Shown: one piece after another, positions 1-9,864 of the stretch | Layout of the letters: each line of letters opens with the position of its first letter | Position numbering within the stretch: position 1 is the stretch's first letter | NCBI GenBank assembly: GCA_017994695.1 | Contig: JAGOKF010000004.1 | Span: 10,218 to 74,217 of the forward strand | Length of the DNA: 64,000 bases | Reading direction: 5' to 3' | Source of the DNA: Myxococcota bacterium | GTDB taxonomy: Bacteria; Myxococcota_A; UBA9042; DTJE01 | Position numbers and translations under genes: made by a program | The notes under the pieces: model-generated | What the model was told of the DNA's origin: nothing | What the model saw: only the letters and a program-made list of their open reading frames with translations | Database searches by the model: none

Positions 1-582
1 TCCTGCGCCTTCGTCCAGACCAACAAGGAGAGCACGCTGGACTTCCGCTGCCAGTTGAACGAAGGGCTCCTGTCTGGGCTTTCGATCCTGCACTTCGCGT
101 TCGTGGACGGGGTCGCCACGGAGATCCAGAAGGGCCCCCAGGGCTGGCCCGTCACCAATGATCCGGGAAACCCGATCGGCTACGGCCTCCGGTCCGTGCT
201 CCGGGAGTGGTGGAGCCGCCGGGATCGCCTGGCGGACCTCTACGGGAGCCAGTTCACCTACGAGGCCCCCGCCGGTCGCCCCGGGAGCGGCATCGTCGCC
301 CCGACCTCGTTCCAGAACACCACGGATCCCCAGATGCCCGGCGGGCGGCCTCCCTGGGCATGGTCCTGGAAGCCCACCGTGGCCGACCCGGACTTCTACT
401 ACAAGCAGATGCCCCAGGGGTCCCTCTTCTTCGACCCGGCGTGGTACTTCGCCGAGCGGCACCGGATCCCGATGACCGCCGGCAAGGAGGGCTTCTCCTC
501 CACCTACTGCTTCCACCCGTACCTTCGCATTGACCGGCGGGGCGCCGACCCGGACTGCCCGGCCCGGCAGGCGGCTCCATGA
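1..582 (+). CDS. hypothetical protein, C-terminal fragment (5' end outside window)
   Basis: Frame 1 is open from base 1 (SCAFVQTNKE...) to TGA at 580-582. The stop overlaps the next start (ATGA). No family motif recognised. Confidence 0.5.
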   Translation, partial: SCAFVQTNKESTLDFRCQLNEGLLSGLSILHFAFVDGVATEIQKGPQGWPVTNDPGNPIGYGLRSVLREWWSRRDRLADLYGSQFTYEAPAGRPGSGIVAPTSFQNTTDPQMPGGRPPWAWSWKPTVADPDFYYKQMPQGSLFFDPAWYFAERHRIPMTAGKEGFSSTYCFHPYLRIDRRGADPDCPARQAAP

Positions 583-1727
583 CCCCGGGAAGGCGACCCG
601 AAGGCGCCCCGACCCGGCGGCCGGGACGGATCCGGATCATCCGGGGGGTGATGCTGGCGGCGGCACTGGCGGGTTGCGCATCCGGCGGACCCGGCGCGAC
701 CTGGACCGGGGAGGGGAATCCCCCCCGACTGTCGCCGTCCGGCGGGACCGAGTGGACCGGCATGGCATCGGGGGAGGCCGCGGTCGCCGAGGTGGGGGGA
801 CACCCCATCCCGGCTTCCCGGTATCGCCGGGCCCTGATCGAGGCTGGCCCCAAGACCGATCCGGCATTGGTCCTCCAGGCCCTGATCGACCGGGAGGCAT
901 TGGCACAGAGGGCCGCCCAGGCCGACCCCGAGGGGATCCTGGAGCCGGCGCAGGAAACCTACCGCCAGGCCCTGGTGATGCGCCTCCTCCGGGATCGGCT
1001 GGACGAGTCCCTCCCCCTGGACGCGATTCCCCTGGCCCAGTTGGAGCAGTGGTTCCGTCTCCCGGCGGTGTGGGCGCGTTTCCACCACCACCGGATCTTC
1101 CGGGTGCGGGACTACCAGTGGATCTGCTGTGCCGGGGATCCGGCGGGCTGTTCCAGCCCGGACGCCCAGGCCTGTTTCCAGGAGGGGGCCGACGCGATGC
1201 CCCGCCTGCTGGACCGGGTCCGGGTCGAGCCCATGGATCCCGAGGACATTCCTCTGATGACCGAGCGGTGGCGGTCCATCGCGCCCCGGCTGACCTACCA
1301 GGCCTACGATTTCGCCTGGGACGAGGATCGGCGGATCCAGAAGGGGTCGGTCCTGTTCGACGACGCCGTGGTCGAGGCGGTGGTGGCAACGCCTCCCGGG
1401 CGGTTCGCCGCGAAGCCGGTCCGCAGCCGCTACGGCTGGCACGTCCTCTTCGTGGCGGCCAGCGAACCCCCGGAACAGAAGGACCTGAACGATCCCCAGG
1501 TCCGGCAGGAGGTGGCCCGGACCTTCCGGGTGCGTTTCCAGCAGCAGCGGCTCATCGAACTGCTGATCTCCCTGATCCCCGTCCAGGGCTTCCGGTCCCT
1601 GGAACAGGCGTTCCCGCTGGGGCCGCCGCCGGGAACGCGCCCCCGGTGGGCCGCGAAGGTGGACGGCATCACCCTCGCCGAGGCCATTGCCGTGTCCGAG
1701 CGGGAGAAGGAGGACCAGGGCTTCTGA
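579..1727 (+). CDS. parvulin-type PPIase-domain lipoprotein (PpiC/SurA/PrsA-like)
   Basis: Basic N-region, hydrophobic core and lipobox LAGC. The C-terminal block PGRFAAKPVRSRYGWHVLFV resembles the parvulin G-x-H-hydrophobic strand. ATGA coupling to the upstream ORF. Confidence 0.55.
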   Translation: MTPGRRPEGAPTRRPGRIRIIRGVMLAAALAGCASGGPGATWTGEGNPPRLSPSGGTEWTGMASGEAAVAEVGGHPIPASRYRRALIEAGPKTDPALVLQALIDREALAQRAAQADPEGILEPAQETYRQALVMRLLRDRLDESLPLDAIPLAQLEQWFRLPAVWARFHHHRIFRVRDYQWICCAGDPAGCSSPDAQACFQEGADAMPRLLDRVRVEPMDPEDIPLMTERWRSIAPRLTYQAYDFAWDEDRRIQKGSVLFDDAVVEAVVATPPGRFAAKPVRSRYGWHVLFVAASEPPEQKDLNDPQVRQEVARTFRVRFQQQRLIELLISLIPVQGFRSLEQAFPLGPPPGTRPRWAAKVDGITLAEAIAVSEREKEDQGF

Positions 1728-1790
1728 CCCGTCCGCCGGGGCTTGGTTCCGCAAGCCGCCCCGGGCGGTCCCACCCCGGTGGGAAACGGA

Positions 1791-2531
1791 TCAGGAAGCA
1801 TTCCCCTCGGGCGGATCATCGTGGATCTTCCCGGCCACCCTCCGGATGCGGGGGTCCAGCCCGCTGGCAAGGACGATGTCCGCCAGGCACGCACGGGACA
1901 GCAGGGGGATCACGGCCAGCCCCAGCCGGACTGGACACCAGGGGTTCAGCACCAGGGCCCCCTGCACCGTCTCCCGGACCCCGAACCGGGCCGACTTCAG
2001 GACCTCCAGGAAGGCCCGGGGCACCTGGGGCCGCCGGGACGCGATGCGAAGCGCCTCCTCCTCGGTGATCCGGGGATTGGCCAGCAGGATGCGCAGCACC
2101 GAGGGATCGGGGTCGGCGCACAGCAGTCGAAGGGTGTCGCGGTTCTGGCCCCGGGCCCTCCACTTCCGGGTCCCGAGGGGCACCTCCTCGAGGGCGTACC
2201 GGGGCGGCACTCCCTCCGCGGCGGCCCGATCGGCCTCCGGGACCCCCAGGAATTCCATCAGGTGCCGAAGGCGGTGGGTCTCCAGGCGCCGGGCCGCCTC
2301 CTCGGCCCGACCGGGCCCCAGGACGTCCGGGTCCGACAGCAGGTGGACGATGGTGTCCAGCCACAGCGGCCGGAAATCCCGGTGGCCGCGACGGATGGCC
2401 AGGAACCCCAGCCAGTGTGCCAGTTCCCCCCCGTCCCAGGACCGCATGGCCGCCCGCAGGGACTCCCGGCGCACGTCGGGGTGAGGCAGGGCCACCAGTC
2501 GCTTCGCCAGGTCCCGGGGGGCGGGGTCCAT
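1791..2531 (-). CDS. hypothetical protein, helical-repeat-like
   Basis: 246-aa ORF starting 1 nt after the stop of the upstream FadL-like gene. Repeated DP..L..LL.NP-type helical segments. No confident family call. Confidence 0.45.
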   Translation of the reverse strand: MDPAPRDLAKRLVALPHPDVRRESLRAAMRSWDGGELAHWLGFLAIRRGHRDFRPLWLDTIVHLLSDPDVLGPGRAEEAARRLETHRLRHLMEFLGVPEADRAAAEGVPPRYALEEVPLGTRKWRARGQNRDTLRLLCADPDPSVLRILLANPRITEEEALRIASRRPQVPRAFLEVLKSARFGVRETVQGALVLNPWCPVRLGLAVIPLLSRACLADIVLASGLDPRIRRVAGKIHDDPPEGNAS

Positions 2532-2532
2532 G

Positions 2533-3882
2533 TCAGAAACGATAGGAAAAGTCGAAGGCGAACTCGTTGTTGGCCGCGTGGCCCTTGCCGTTCGCCGGGG
2601 GCTTGCCGACGCTCCTCTGGACGTTGATCAGGTTGGCCCAGTTGTGGACGTAGCCCAGGCCCACGCGCCACCGGTCGTCCACCCGCCACCGGAGACCCAG
2701 GCTGATGCCCTTCTGGTCCGTCGAGGGATTGTCCAGGCTGTAGGTCTGTTCGGGGATGGGCGAGAAGTCCATCTGGTAGCCCATCATCAGGTCCACCGAC
2801 CGGACCGGTCGGAACATCACGCCCACGTTCCAGGCCCAGGAGTTGTGGTAGTCCTTCTGGTCCGGCAGGTCCTGGATGAGGCCCAGGAGGGGCTCCCGGA
2901 AGCGGGTCGTCTGCTCCTGGAGCGACTGGTAGTGCCAGTAGTAGATGTCCATCCCGAACTCGAACCACGGGAGGGGCTCCCAGTTGAATCCCGCCTTCAA
3001 CTCGAAGGGGATCAGCATCCGGGTCTTGTGCCGCGTGTCCGCCAGCACCTCGCCCAGGTGGCCCTTCAGGGTGCAGTCGGTGGACCCCGGGGGGCAGGTG
3101 CTGCCGGTGAGTTTCACCCGGCCGTCCAGCGTGATCGGGGATCCGCCGGAAAACGCGGCGCCGATGCGGAAGGTCGGGTGGGGCCGGATCAGAACCCCGG
3201 CATCGAGGGCCCAGGTCCAGTCCTGGCCGTCGATCTCCATCAGCATGTCCGTGGCGCCGGTCTTCTCGGCGGGCTCGAAGCGGAGGTCGAAGGCGGGCGA
3301 GTCGCTGGCGATGTTGGGGAGCGGCAGCATCTTCTTGTTCAGGTAGTACTTCTTGGTTAGGAACACGTGGACCAGGTTCACCGCGACACCGAAACTGAAG
3401 ATGTCGGAAACCCGGTAGGCGGCCGCCAGCGTGGCCCGGCTGGCCAGGAACAGGGCCTGGATGTCGTAGTAGCGGGTCGGGGCGTCCTCGGGCAGCGCGG
3501 CCCCGTAGGCGTTGGGGGCGTAGATGCCGAAGCCCAGCCGGAAGTCCCGGGTGCCGCAATCGCTCTGGAAGCCCAGGAAGGGGATGGCGCCGACGCTCCA
3601 GGTCGGCCGGATCTCCTTGTCGGGGCGAAGCACTCCCTGACTGTCGTAGAGGCGCATCCCCATCTGCATCACGAACCAGGACTGGGTGTGATAGAAATGG
3701 GTGCCGTCCAGCAGGGTCAGGCCCGCCGGGTTGTGGAAGACCGCGGTGGTGTCGTCCGGGCGCGCGGTGACCGCGAACATCCCCATCCGGCGAATGCCGA
3801 AGTCCGGGTTGGAGAATCCCCCGGCCAATCCCGGGACCGGGATCCCCGCCAGAACCATCCACAGGATCAGTGATCGCTTCAT
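2533..3882 (-). CDS. outer membrane transport protein, FadL/OMPP1/TodX family
   Basis: Internal ATG at 3882 gives the signal peptide MKRSLILWMVLAGIPVPGLAGG. VFHNPAGL motif near the N-terminus. Beta-barrel-type C-terminus ...FAFDFSYRF. Confidence 0.7.
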   Translation of the reverse strand: MKRSLILWMVLAGIPVPGLAGGFSNPDFGIRRMGMFAVTARPDDTTAVFHNPAGLTLLDGTHFYHTQSWFVMQMGMRLYDSQGVLRPDKEIRPTWSVGAIPFLGFQSDCGTRDFRLGFGIYAPNAYGAALPEDAPTRYYDIQALFLASRATLAAAYRVSDIFSFGVAVNLVHVFLTKKYYLNKKMLPLPNIASDSPAFDLRFEPAEKTGATDMLMEIDGQDWTWALDAGVLIRPHPTFRIGAAFSGGSPITLDGRVKLTGSTCPPGSTDCTLKGHLGEVLADTRHKTRMLIPFELKAGFNWEPLPWFEFGMDIYYWHYQSLQEQTTRFREPLLGLIQDLPDQKDYHNSWAWNVGVMFRPVRSVDLMMGYQMDFSPIPEQTYSLDNPSTDQKGISLGLRWRVDDRWRVGLGYVHNWANLINVQRSVGKPPANGKGHAANNEFAFDFSYRF

Positions 3883-4120
3883 GTCCCCCCCGAAGGACCG
3901 GATGCCGCCGCCGGGAACGAGTCTATGATGGAGACTGGGCCAAAAGGCAAGCCCCGTCCTGGCATGGAAGCCGGTTCCGCCATCCCGGCACCACCTCTGG
4001 CGGCATCGGGAGCAAGGGGCCGGACCGGGATGGTTGCGGCTCCAGCCCGGTCCCGGCCGGATATACTGCACCGGAAGCCGGCCTGGCGAGGCCGCTGCCC
4101 AACTCGCCGAAGGAGGCGCC

Positions 4121-5134
4121 ATGACCGATCGCCCGCTGCCCGTCACCTGGGCGGACCACCCGGACAACCCGCTGATCCGCCCGCCGTTTCCCGAATTCCT
4201 GATCGCCGACCCCACCTTCCTGCCGCCGGACCAGTCCCCCGACGGGCGCTGGCACCTCTTCGCCCACGGCATCCTGCTGGGCATCCACCACTTCGCCAGC
4301 GAGGACGGCGTCGCGTGGCGCCGCCTGGGAAGGGTCTGCTGGGGCATGCGGCCGCACCTGGTCCGCTGGCAGGACGACTACCTGCTCCTCTTCGAACGCC
4401 CCCTGGGACCCGCCGCCACCGGCATCGCCTGGTGCCGGTCCCGGGACCTGGTCACCTTCTCGAAGCCCCGGGTGGCCCTGCGGCCCTCGCTGCCCTGGGA
4501 GGGGGACCGGGTCCGGACCGTCGGAAACCCCTGCGGCGTGGTGCGTCCCGACGGGTTCTGGATCTACTACAGCGCCGGCCTCTCCTGGCTCCGGGACTGC
4601 GGGTTTCCCGAGCCGCGGCACATCGGGGTGGCCTTCGGGCCGGGGCCCGAGGGTCCCTTCCGCAAGCACCCGGAACCGCTGTGGTCCCCGGACCCGGCGG
4701 TGCCCTGGCGGAACCTCGGTTCCGGCGCCGTGAAGGTGATCCCCTGGGGCAGCGGATGGATCGGGTTCCAGAACGGGATCTACGTGGACCCCGAGGGACG
4801 TTCCCGTTCGGACATCCGCCTGCACCGGAGCGACGACGGGATCCGATGGGAGGAGGCCCATGACCGGCCCCTGGTCCGCCCGGAGCCCGGCTGGAAGCGG
4901 GCCCTGGTCTATGCCCTGGACGTGCGCCCCCTGGAGGACCGGCTGGTGATGTTCTACAACGCGAGGTCCGGTTGGCGCTTCGGGGTCGAGCGGATCGGCC
5001 GCGCCGACTGCCTGACGGGGATTCCGCGACAGTCGCTGGCCTCGGACCGGCGCGGATCGCTCGAAGACATTTCGAGGTTCCCGATTTCACAGGTCGCATC
5101 GAACCCTGGGATTCAGGAAAGGGGCTGCAGATGA
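4121..5134 (+). CDS. beta-propeller glycoside-hydrolase-like protein (GH43/32/130 superfamily-like)
   Basis: ATG at 4121 preceded by GAAGGAGG. Repeated W/F-rich blade-like segments (DGRWHLFAHG, GFWIYYSAG, DRLVMFYNA). Family call is by eye only. Confidence 0.45.
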   Translation: MTDRPLPVTWADHPDNPLIRPPFPEFLIADPTFLPPDQSPDGRWHLFAHGILLGIHHFASEDGVAWRRLGRVCWGMRPHLVRWQDDYLLLFERPLGPAATGIAWCRSRDLVTFSKPRVALRPSLPWEGDRVRTVGNPCGVVRPDGFWIYYSAGLSWLRDCGFPEPRHIGVAFGPGPEGPFRKHPEPLWSPDPAVPWRNLGSGAVKVIPWGSGWIGFQNGIYVDPEGRSRSDIRLHRSDDGIRWEEAHDRPLVRPEPGWKRALVYALDVRPLEDRLVMFYNARSGWRFGVERIGRADCLTGIPRQSLASDRRGSLEDISRFPISQVASNPGIQERGCR

Positions 5135-7065
5135 AGGTCGTTCCAGGAACCTGGCTGACCTGGATGGTCCTTGTGTTCTCCTCGTGCAGTTCCAACAGCC
5201 CTTCGGCGCATCCGGACGCGGATCTTCCGACGGCAAGCGACGGGTGGGAGCCCTCGGAACGGACGGTTCGGCTGTCCCGGGGGCGAAGCGTATCGACGGA
5301 CCTCGGCCTGGAGACCGGGGCCCGCGGCCTCCGTCTTCTGTCGGGGGATCTCCCCGCCGGGGTATTCCTGGCCGGAGAGGGAGAGGCATGGGGAAGGCCG
5401 ACGCGAGCCGAGGACCGCGAGGCGACGCTGGAATGGCAAACGGCATCCGGGGAGATCCGCCACGCGACGGTGCGATTCCAGGTCCGGACCGGAGGGCTGG
5501 CCGCGCTCCCCCTCGGGAATCCGGTGGCCATCAGAGGTCTCCCCTGGCAGACAAGCCTCGAGACGGTGGACGAGATGCCTCCCTCGAAATGGACGCTGCA
5601 CCGGGGCCGGCTCCCGGAGGGGTTGTCGCTGGACGGCTCCCGGGGAATCGTGGCCGGCATCCCCGAGGAGGAGGGAGTCTTCCCCTTGTGGTTCCGTGTC
5701 GTCGATGCCACCGGAGCCGCTGCCGACCTGGTGACCGCCCTTCGCGTCGGGCCGGATCCGGTGCTGGCGGCCTACGCACGAATCTTCGAGGAGAACGCCG
5801 ACGCCCGCACGACGCCCCAGGGCATGGTTCTGTCCTCCTGGCCCGATGGGGCCTACCGGGACCACGGCGACAGCGCCCTCTGGACCGGAGTCTTCCTGGC
5901 AGGAACCGTCGTCCAGTCGGTCCTTGCCGGACAGGATCGCATGATGCGAAAACTGTTCCAGGGACTGCAACGCTGCCTCGAGATCACCGGCGTCCCGGGC
6001 GTGCTGTGCCGCGGCATCGAACATGACGAGTGGATGGGCCGAACGCCCGAGCCGAATCTGCGGATCGGCACGAAGGATGTCCATCCATCGGAGGTGCCTG
6101 GCTACGAGGATTGGCGATTCCTGGGAGACGTCAGCCGGGACCAGTGGAGCGGAGTCTTCCTCGGACTCGGACTGGTGCACCGCCTGGCCCGGGATCCGGA
6201 CCTCCGGCGGATCGCGGCAGGCCGGCTGGTGGAAATGGCCACGGCTCTCTGGAACCGGGGCCTGACCATCCGCGACGTCGACGGCCGGATGACCGAGTAC
6301 GGACAGATGAGCCCCTGGCGGTTCGATGGAGAGATCCCGGGACCGAACGGCATGAACGCGGTGATGGTCCTGGCGTGGACCACGGCGGCCCGAGAGGCGG
6401 CCAGGGGTCTTCCGGAGGAGGAGACCCTCTCCCGGGGCATCGAGGAACTGGTCTCCCCGCCACCCGACGGCTGGGACCCTCTGTCGGACCCGGGAGCCTT
6501 CGGGGCCTTCGAAGCCATCGAGACCTTCCTGTACCCCTACCTGGGAGGCTGCGAGGCCAGGCGCTGGTACAATGTCCACATCACTCACCTGGCCTTCTTC
6601 CAGGCAGCGCTCTGGCTCCCGGACGGGCCTGTCCGGGACCGCCTCCTGGCCCTCTGGCGCCAGGGGATGTGGATCGACCAGGGAGACACCCCCCTGGAGC
6701 GTCGAAGCCGGTCGGAGGCCAATCCGTGGTTCTCGTTCCTGTACCTCGGCGCCACGGCGGAGGAGGACCCGGAGGCGCTGTTCGAGGCCGTGGAGCAGAT
6801 GGTGCGCTTCCCCCCTCCGCCCCGGCTGGGAAAGGAGATCCGCAACGGGACGGATCCCCGGTTTCCCCATGATGCGGAGTGTGCCGGCTGGGCCTTCCAG
6901 GCACTTCCGGCCGAGGAGCGTTGCGCCGGGGGCAATTTCGTGTGGCAGCGGAACCCCTATCTGCTGGACTGCTGGGGCGGAATCGGCCAGGAGCACGCGG
7001 GCACGGACTTCGTCGCGCCCTACTGGCTCGGCGTCGGGTTCGGCTTCCTCGACCCGCGCCTCTGA
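5131..7065 (+). CDS. lipoprotein with a putative Ig-like (He_PIG-type) domain and a large domain of unknown function
   Basis: ATG at 5131 overlaps the previous stop (ATGA). Signal peptide MKVVPGTWLTWMVLVFSSC. LPEGLSLDGSRGIVAGIPEEEGVFPLWFRVVD resembles a putative-Ig-domain motif. Confidence 0.5.
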   Translation: MKVVPGTWLTWMVLVFSSCSSNSPSAHPDADLPTASDGWEPSERTVRLSRGRSVSTDLGLETGARGLRLLSGDLPAGVFLAGEGEAWGRPTRAEDREATLEWQTASGEIRHATVRFQVRTGGLAALPLGNPVAIRGLPWQTSLETVDEMPPSKWTLHRGRLPEGLSLDGSRGIVAGIPEEEGVFPLWFRVVDATGAAADLVTALRVGPDPVLAAYARIFEENADARTTPQGMVLSSWPDGAYRDHGDSALWTGVFLAGTVVQSVLAGQDRMMRKLFQGLQRCLEITGVPGVLCRGIEHDEWMGRTPEPNLRIGTKDVHPSEVPGYEDWRFLGDVSRDQWSGVFLGLGLVHRLARDPDLRRIAAGRLVEMATALWNRGLTIRDVDGRMTEYGQMSPWRFDGEIPGPNGMNAVMVLAWTTAAREAARGLPEEETLSRGIEELVSPPPDGWDPLSDPGAFGAFEAIETFLYPYLGGCEARRWYNVHITHLAFFQAALWLPDGPVRDRLLALWRQGMWIDQGDTPLERRSRSEANPWFSFLYLGATAEEDPEALFEAVEQMVRFPPPPRLGKEIRNGTDPRFPHDAECAGWAFQALPAEERCAGGNFVWQRNPYLLDCWGGIGQEHAGTDFVAPYWLGVGFGFLDPRL

Positions 7066-7081
7066 AACCGGCCAGGCCCTC

Positions 7082-9142
7082 TCACTGGAGATGCCGGGAT
7101 AGCCAGTCCCCGACGGTCCGGTACCAGAAGCGGCGGTTGGCCGGTTTCTGGATGAAGTGGTCCTCGTCGGGAAAGACCACCAGGCGGGACTCGACGCCCC
7201 GGGACTGCAGCGCGGTGAAGAGGAACAGGGCCTGCTCCAGCGGCACCCGGAAGTCGTTGGCCCCGTGGAGGATCAGCATCGGGGTCTGGAACTCCCGGAC
7301 GTAGGACGACGGCGACACCTTCCGGTACTCCTCGGGGTGATCCCAGGGCGTCCCGCCGATGTCCCACTCGGGAAACCAGAGCTCGTCGGTCGTGCCGTAC
7401 TTCACCTCCAGGAAGGACGGCCCGGCGTGGCTCACCAGGCACCGGAACCGCTTGCCGGACCGGGCCTCCATCCAGTTCGCCATGTACCCCCCGTAGGACC
7501 CGCCCATCGCGCAGACCCTCCCGAGGTCCAGGTCCGGCCGGGTGGCCTGGAGGTGGTCCAGCAGCCGCATCAGGTCCTCGTAGGGCCGCCCGCCCCAGTC
7601 CCGGCTCACGGCGTTGACGAAGGCCTGGCCGTAGCCGACGCTGCCCGTGGGATTCGGCAGCACGATGGCGTAGCCCAGGGAGGCCAGCGCCAGGGGATTC
7701 CACCGGGGGTGGAAGGAATCCAGGAAGGCCCCCTGGGGCCCGCCGTGGATGAACATCACGACCGGACGGGGTCCCGGGGCCGCCGGCTTCTGCGGAACGA
7801 CCAGGAAGCCGTGGACCCGGGCGGGACGGCCGGTGGCCGGATCGACGGCCCCGTCCCACCAGACCTCCTCGACCGACGGAAGGGACAGGCGCTTCAATTC
7901 CTCGGCCCCGAAGTCCGTCAGGGCCTGTCCCGCCGACGTCCCGCCGGAACGGAGGTCCCGGAGATGCAGTTCCGCCGGCCGCAGCATCGAATCCCGGGTG
8001 AAGAAGAGGCGGTTGCCTTCGACGGTGGGGTGGTGGCAGGTCGCCGGGCCGGTCACGGGCCGGGCCCTGGCGCCGGGCTTCGCCTCCACCCGGTAAAGGG
8101 GAAGGCGTCCCTTTTCCATCACCGAGAAGACGATCTCCCGGCCGTCGGGGGTCCAGGCGAACTCCTCCACCCAGTCGTCGATCTCGTCGGCCACGGTGAA
8201 GGATTTCCCCGACTGGCGATCCATCACCCGGAGGCGCCACCGGTCGGACTCGAAACCGGGCACGGCCTGGGCCAGCCAGGCGATCCGCTTTCCGTCGGGG
8301 GAGAAGCGCGGGGCCCGGTCCGCGGCCGGGTTGTCCGTGATCCGTCGGGCCTGCCCGTTCTCCACCAGGAAGAGGTCGGTGTTGGTGGACTTCCAGGGGT
8401 CGGGCACCTTCTTGGCGGTATGCAGGATCGCCCCGTCCCGGGACACGTCGTAGTCCTCCCGGCCCCCGAATGGAAGCGGCAGGGCGTCCCATCCGGCATC
8501 CAGCACCACCACCTCGACCGGCCCTCCCGAGGCCCGGACCCGGAACAGGCCGATCCGGGTCCCGTCGGCCCACTGGTTCCAGGGCCGCACGTAGAGGCGG
8601 TCATAGACCATCGCCGACGTCTGGTCGCGCCGGGCCTTCTGGCGTTCCACCGTGCAGCCGAAGTCCCCGCCGCAGTCCGGCTCGACCGAGGCGCTGAAAT
8701 AGAGGAAATCCCCGACGAAGCGCAGGTTGTCCAGCGGGATGGGCGATTCCAGCACCCGGCCGGCCTCCCCCCCGTCCAGCGGCAGCAGGAAGATGCCCTG
8801 CTTCCCTTCCCGTTCCCCGGCAAAGGCCACCTGCTTCCCGTCGGGCGACAGGGTGAAGGAACCGCCGGTCCGGCCTCCTCGGGTCAGGGGCCTCGCCCCC
8901 TGTCCCTCCCGGAAGACCCACAGGTCCCGGAGGAACCGCGGCCCCCCGTCGTAGCGCTGGAGCCGGAAGACCACCTCCCGGCCCCCCGGCGCCACCTCGA
9001 AGTCCGACACGACCGGCAGGCGCATCACGTCGTCGATGTCCGGTGCCTTCCCGGTCTCCGCCCGACCGGGCAGCGCGAGGACCATCGGCAGGAGCACCGG
9101 CAGCCCCCATCCCGCGACCCGGTTCCACCAGGTTCCCCTCAT
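7082..9142 (-). CDS. S9 family serine peptidase (prolyl oligopeptidase / acylaminoacyl-peptidase type) with N-terminal beta-propeller
   Basis: Signal peptide from the ATG at 9142. Nucleophile elbow GGSYGGYM, with downstream HGANDFRVP (Asp) and FPDEDHF (His). The longer track ORF (to 9868) overlaps the PilZ gene and was trimmed. Confidence 0.8.
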   Translation of the reverse strand: MRGTWWNRVAGWGLPVLLPMVLALPGRAETGKAPDIDDVMRLPVVSDFEVAPGGREVVFRLQRYDGGPRFLRDLWVFREGQGARPLTRGGRTGGSFTLSPDGKQVAFAGEREGKQGIFLLPLDGGEAGRVLESPIPLDNLRFVGDFLYFSASVEPDCGGDFGCTVERQKARRDQTSAMVYDRLYVRPWNQWADGTRIGLFRVRASGGPVEVVVLDAGWDALPLPFGGREDYDVSRDGAILHTAKKVPDPWKSTNTDLFLVENGQARRITDNPAADRAPRFSPDGKRIAWLAQAVPGFESDRWRLRVMDRQSGKSFTVADEIDDWVEEFAWTPDGREIVFSVMEKGRLPLYRVEAKPGARARPVTGPATCHHPTVEGNRLFFTRDSMLRPAELHLRDLRSGGTSAGQALTDFGAEELKRLSLPSVEEVWWDGAVDPATGRPARVHGFLVVPQKPAAPGPRPVVMFIHGGPQGAFLDSFHPRWNPLALASLGYAIVLPNPTGSVGYGQAFVNAVSRDWGGRPYEDLMRLLDHLQATRPDLDLGRVCAMGGSYGGYMANWMEARSGKRFRCLVSHAGPSFLEVKYGTTDELWFPEWDIGGTPWDHPEEYRKVSPSSYVREFQTPMLILHGANDFRVPLEQALFLFTALQSRGVESRLVVFPDEDHFIQKPANRRFWYRTVGDWLSRHLQ

Positions 9143-9186
9143 CGGCAGCCTCCTCTGGAGATTCGCGGGCCGTCGGGCGCGCGTCC

Positions 9187-9852
9187 TCACGGATCCTCGT
9201 TCCAGGACCGCCCTGCCACGATGCCCAGTTCCTTGAGCCGGGTCTGGAAGACCAGGTTCAGGATGGCCTCCCGCATCTCGTCGTCCACCCGGTCGAAGTG
9301 CCCCGCCACCTCGTATCCGGTCCCGGAGTCCTCGCACCGGACGACGGTGGCGGGGACGCAGGCGCGGCGGCCGTCCCTCGGCATCCGGAGGCAGAACCAC
9401 GCCGTGTCCCCCGGACGGACCCTCCGGGCCTGGTGCCAGCGGAATCCCGACGCCGACAGTTCCACCACCGCCGGAGACAGGGGCACCGTCGGCGAAGGCG
9501 AAGGGCCCACCGAGAAGGCCGCCTCCACCTCCACCTGGGCGCGGATGTACTCCCGCTTCTCGACCATCCTCGGCCGCCCCTTCGGCAGCAGGTAGATCCG
9601 GACCGGCGTCAGCACCTCGTCCACGTTCGCCCGGAGCGCCCAGATCCCCTCCGGCGCCAGGTGGCTCACCAGCACCCGTTCCCCCTTGGCCCACGGCGGA
9701 TCGACCCGGTCCGGGGCCTCGACGATGAACCCTCGGCCCCGATCGAACCGGAGCACGGCCTGCAGCACCTCGATCTCCGGTCGCCCCAGCCGGACCAGCA
9801 GCAGTTCGGTCCCGGCCTCCCAGGGCTTCGGTGCCCGATTGGTTTCTTCCAT
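9187..9852 (-). CDS. PilZ domain protein (c-di-GMP receptor-like) with YcgR-like N-terminal half
   Basis: RxxxR motif in EKREYIRAQ. The (D/N)xSxxG-like motif reads ELSASG. 221 aa. Starts 12 nt after the FHA gene stop. Confidence 0.7.
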   Translation of the reverse strand: MEETNRAPKPWEAGTELLLVRLGRPEIEVLQAVLRFDRGRGFIVEAPDRVDPPWAKGERVLVSHLAPEGIWALRANVDEVLTPVRIYLLPKGRPRMVEKREYIRAQVEVEAAFSVGPSPSPTVPLSPAVVELSASGFRWHQARRVRPGDTAWFCLRMPRDGRRACVPATVVRCEDSGTGYEVAGHFDRVDDEMREAILNLVFQTRLKELGIVAGRSWNEDP

Positions 9853-9864
9853 CGTCCTGTCCCC

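Noticed and set aside
1733-1783. G/C-rich hairpins (CCCAC-CCCG-GTGGG and an imperfect longer stem) between the convergent genes ending at 1727 and 1791
   Set aside because: There is no T-tract on either strand and the larger stem has a 15-nt loop with a bulge. This is not enough to call an intrinsic terminator.
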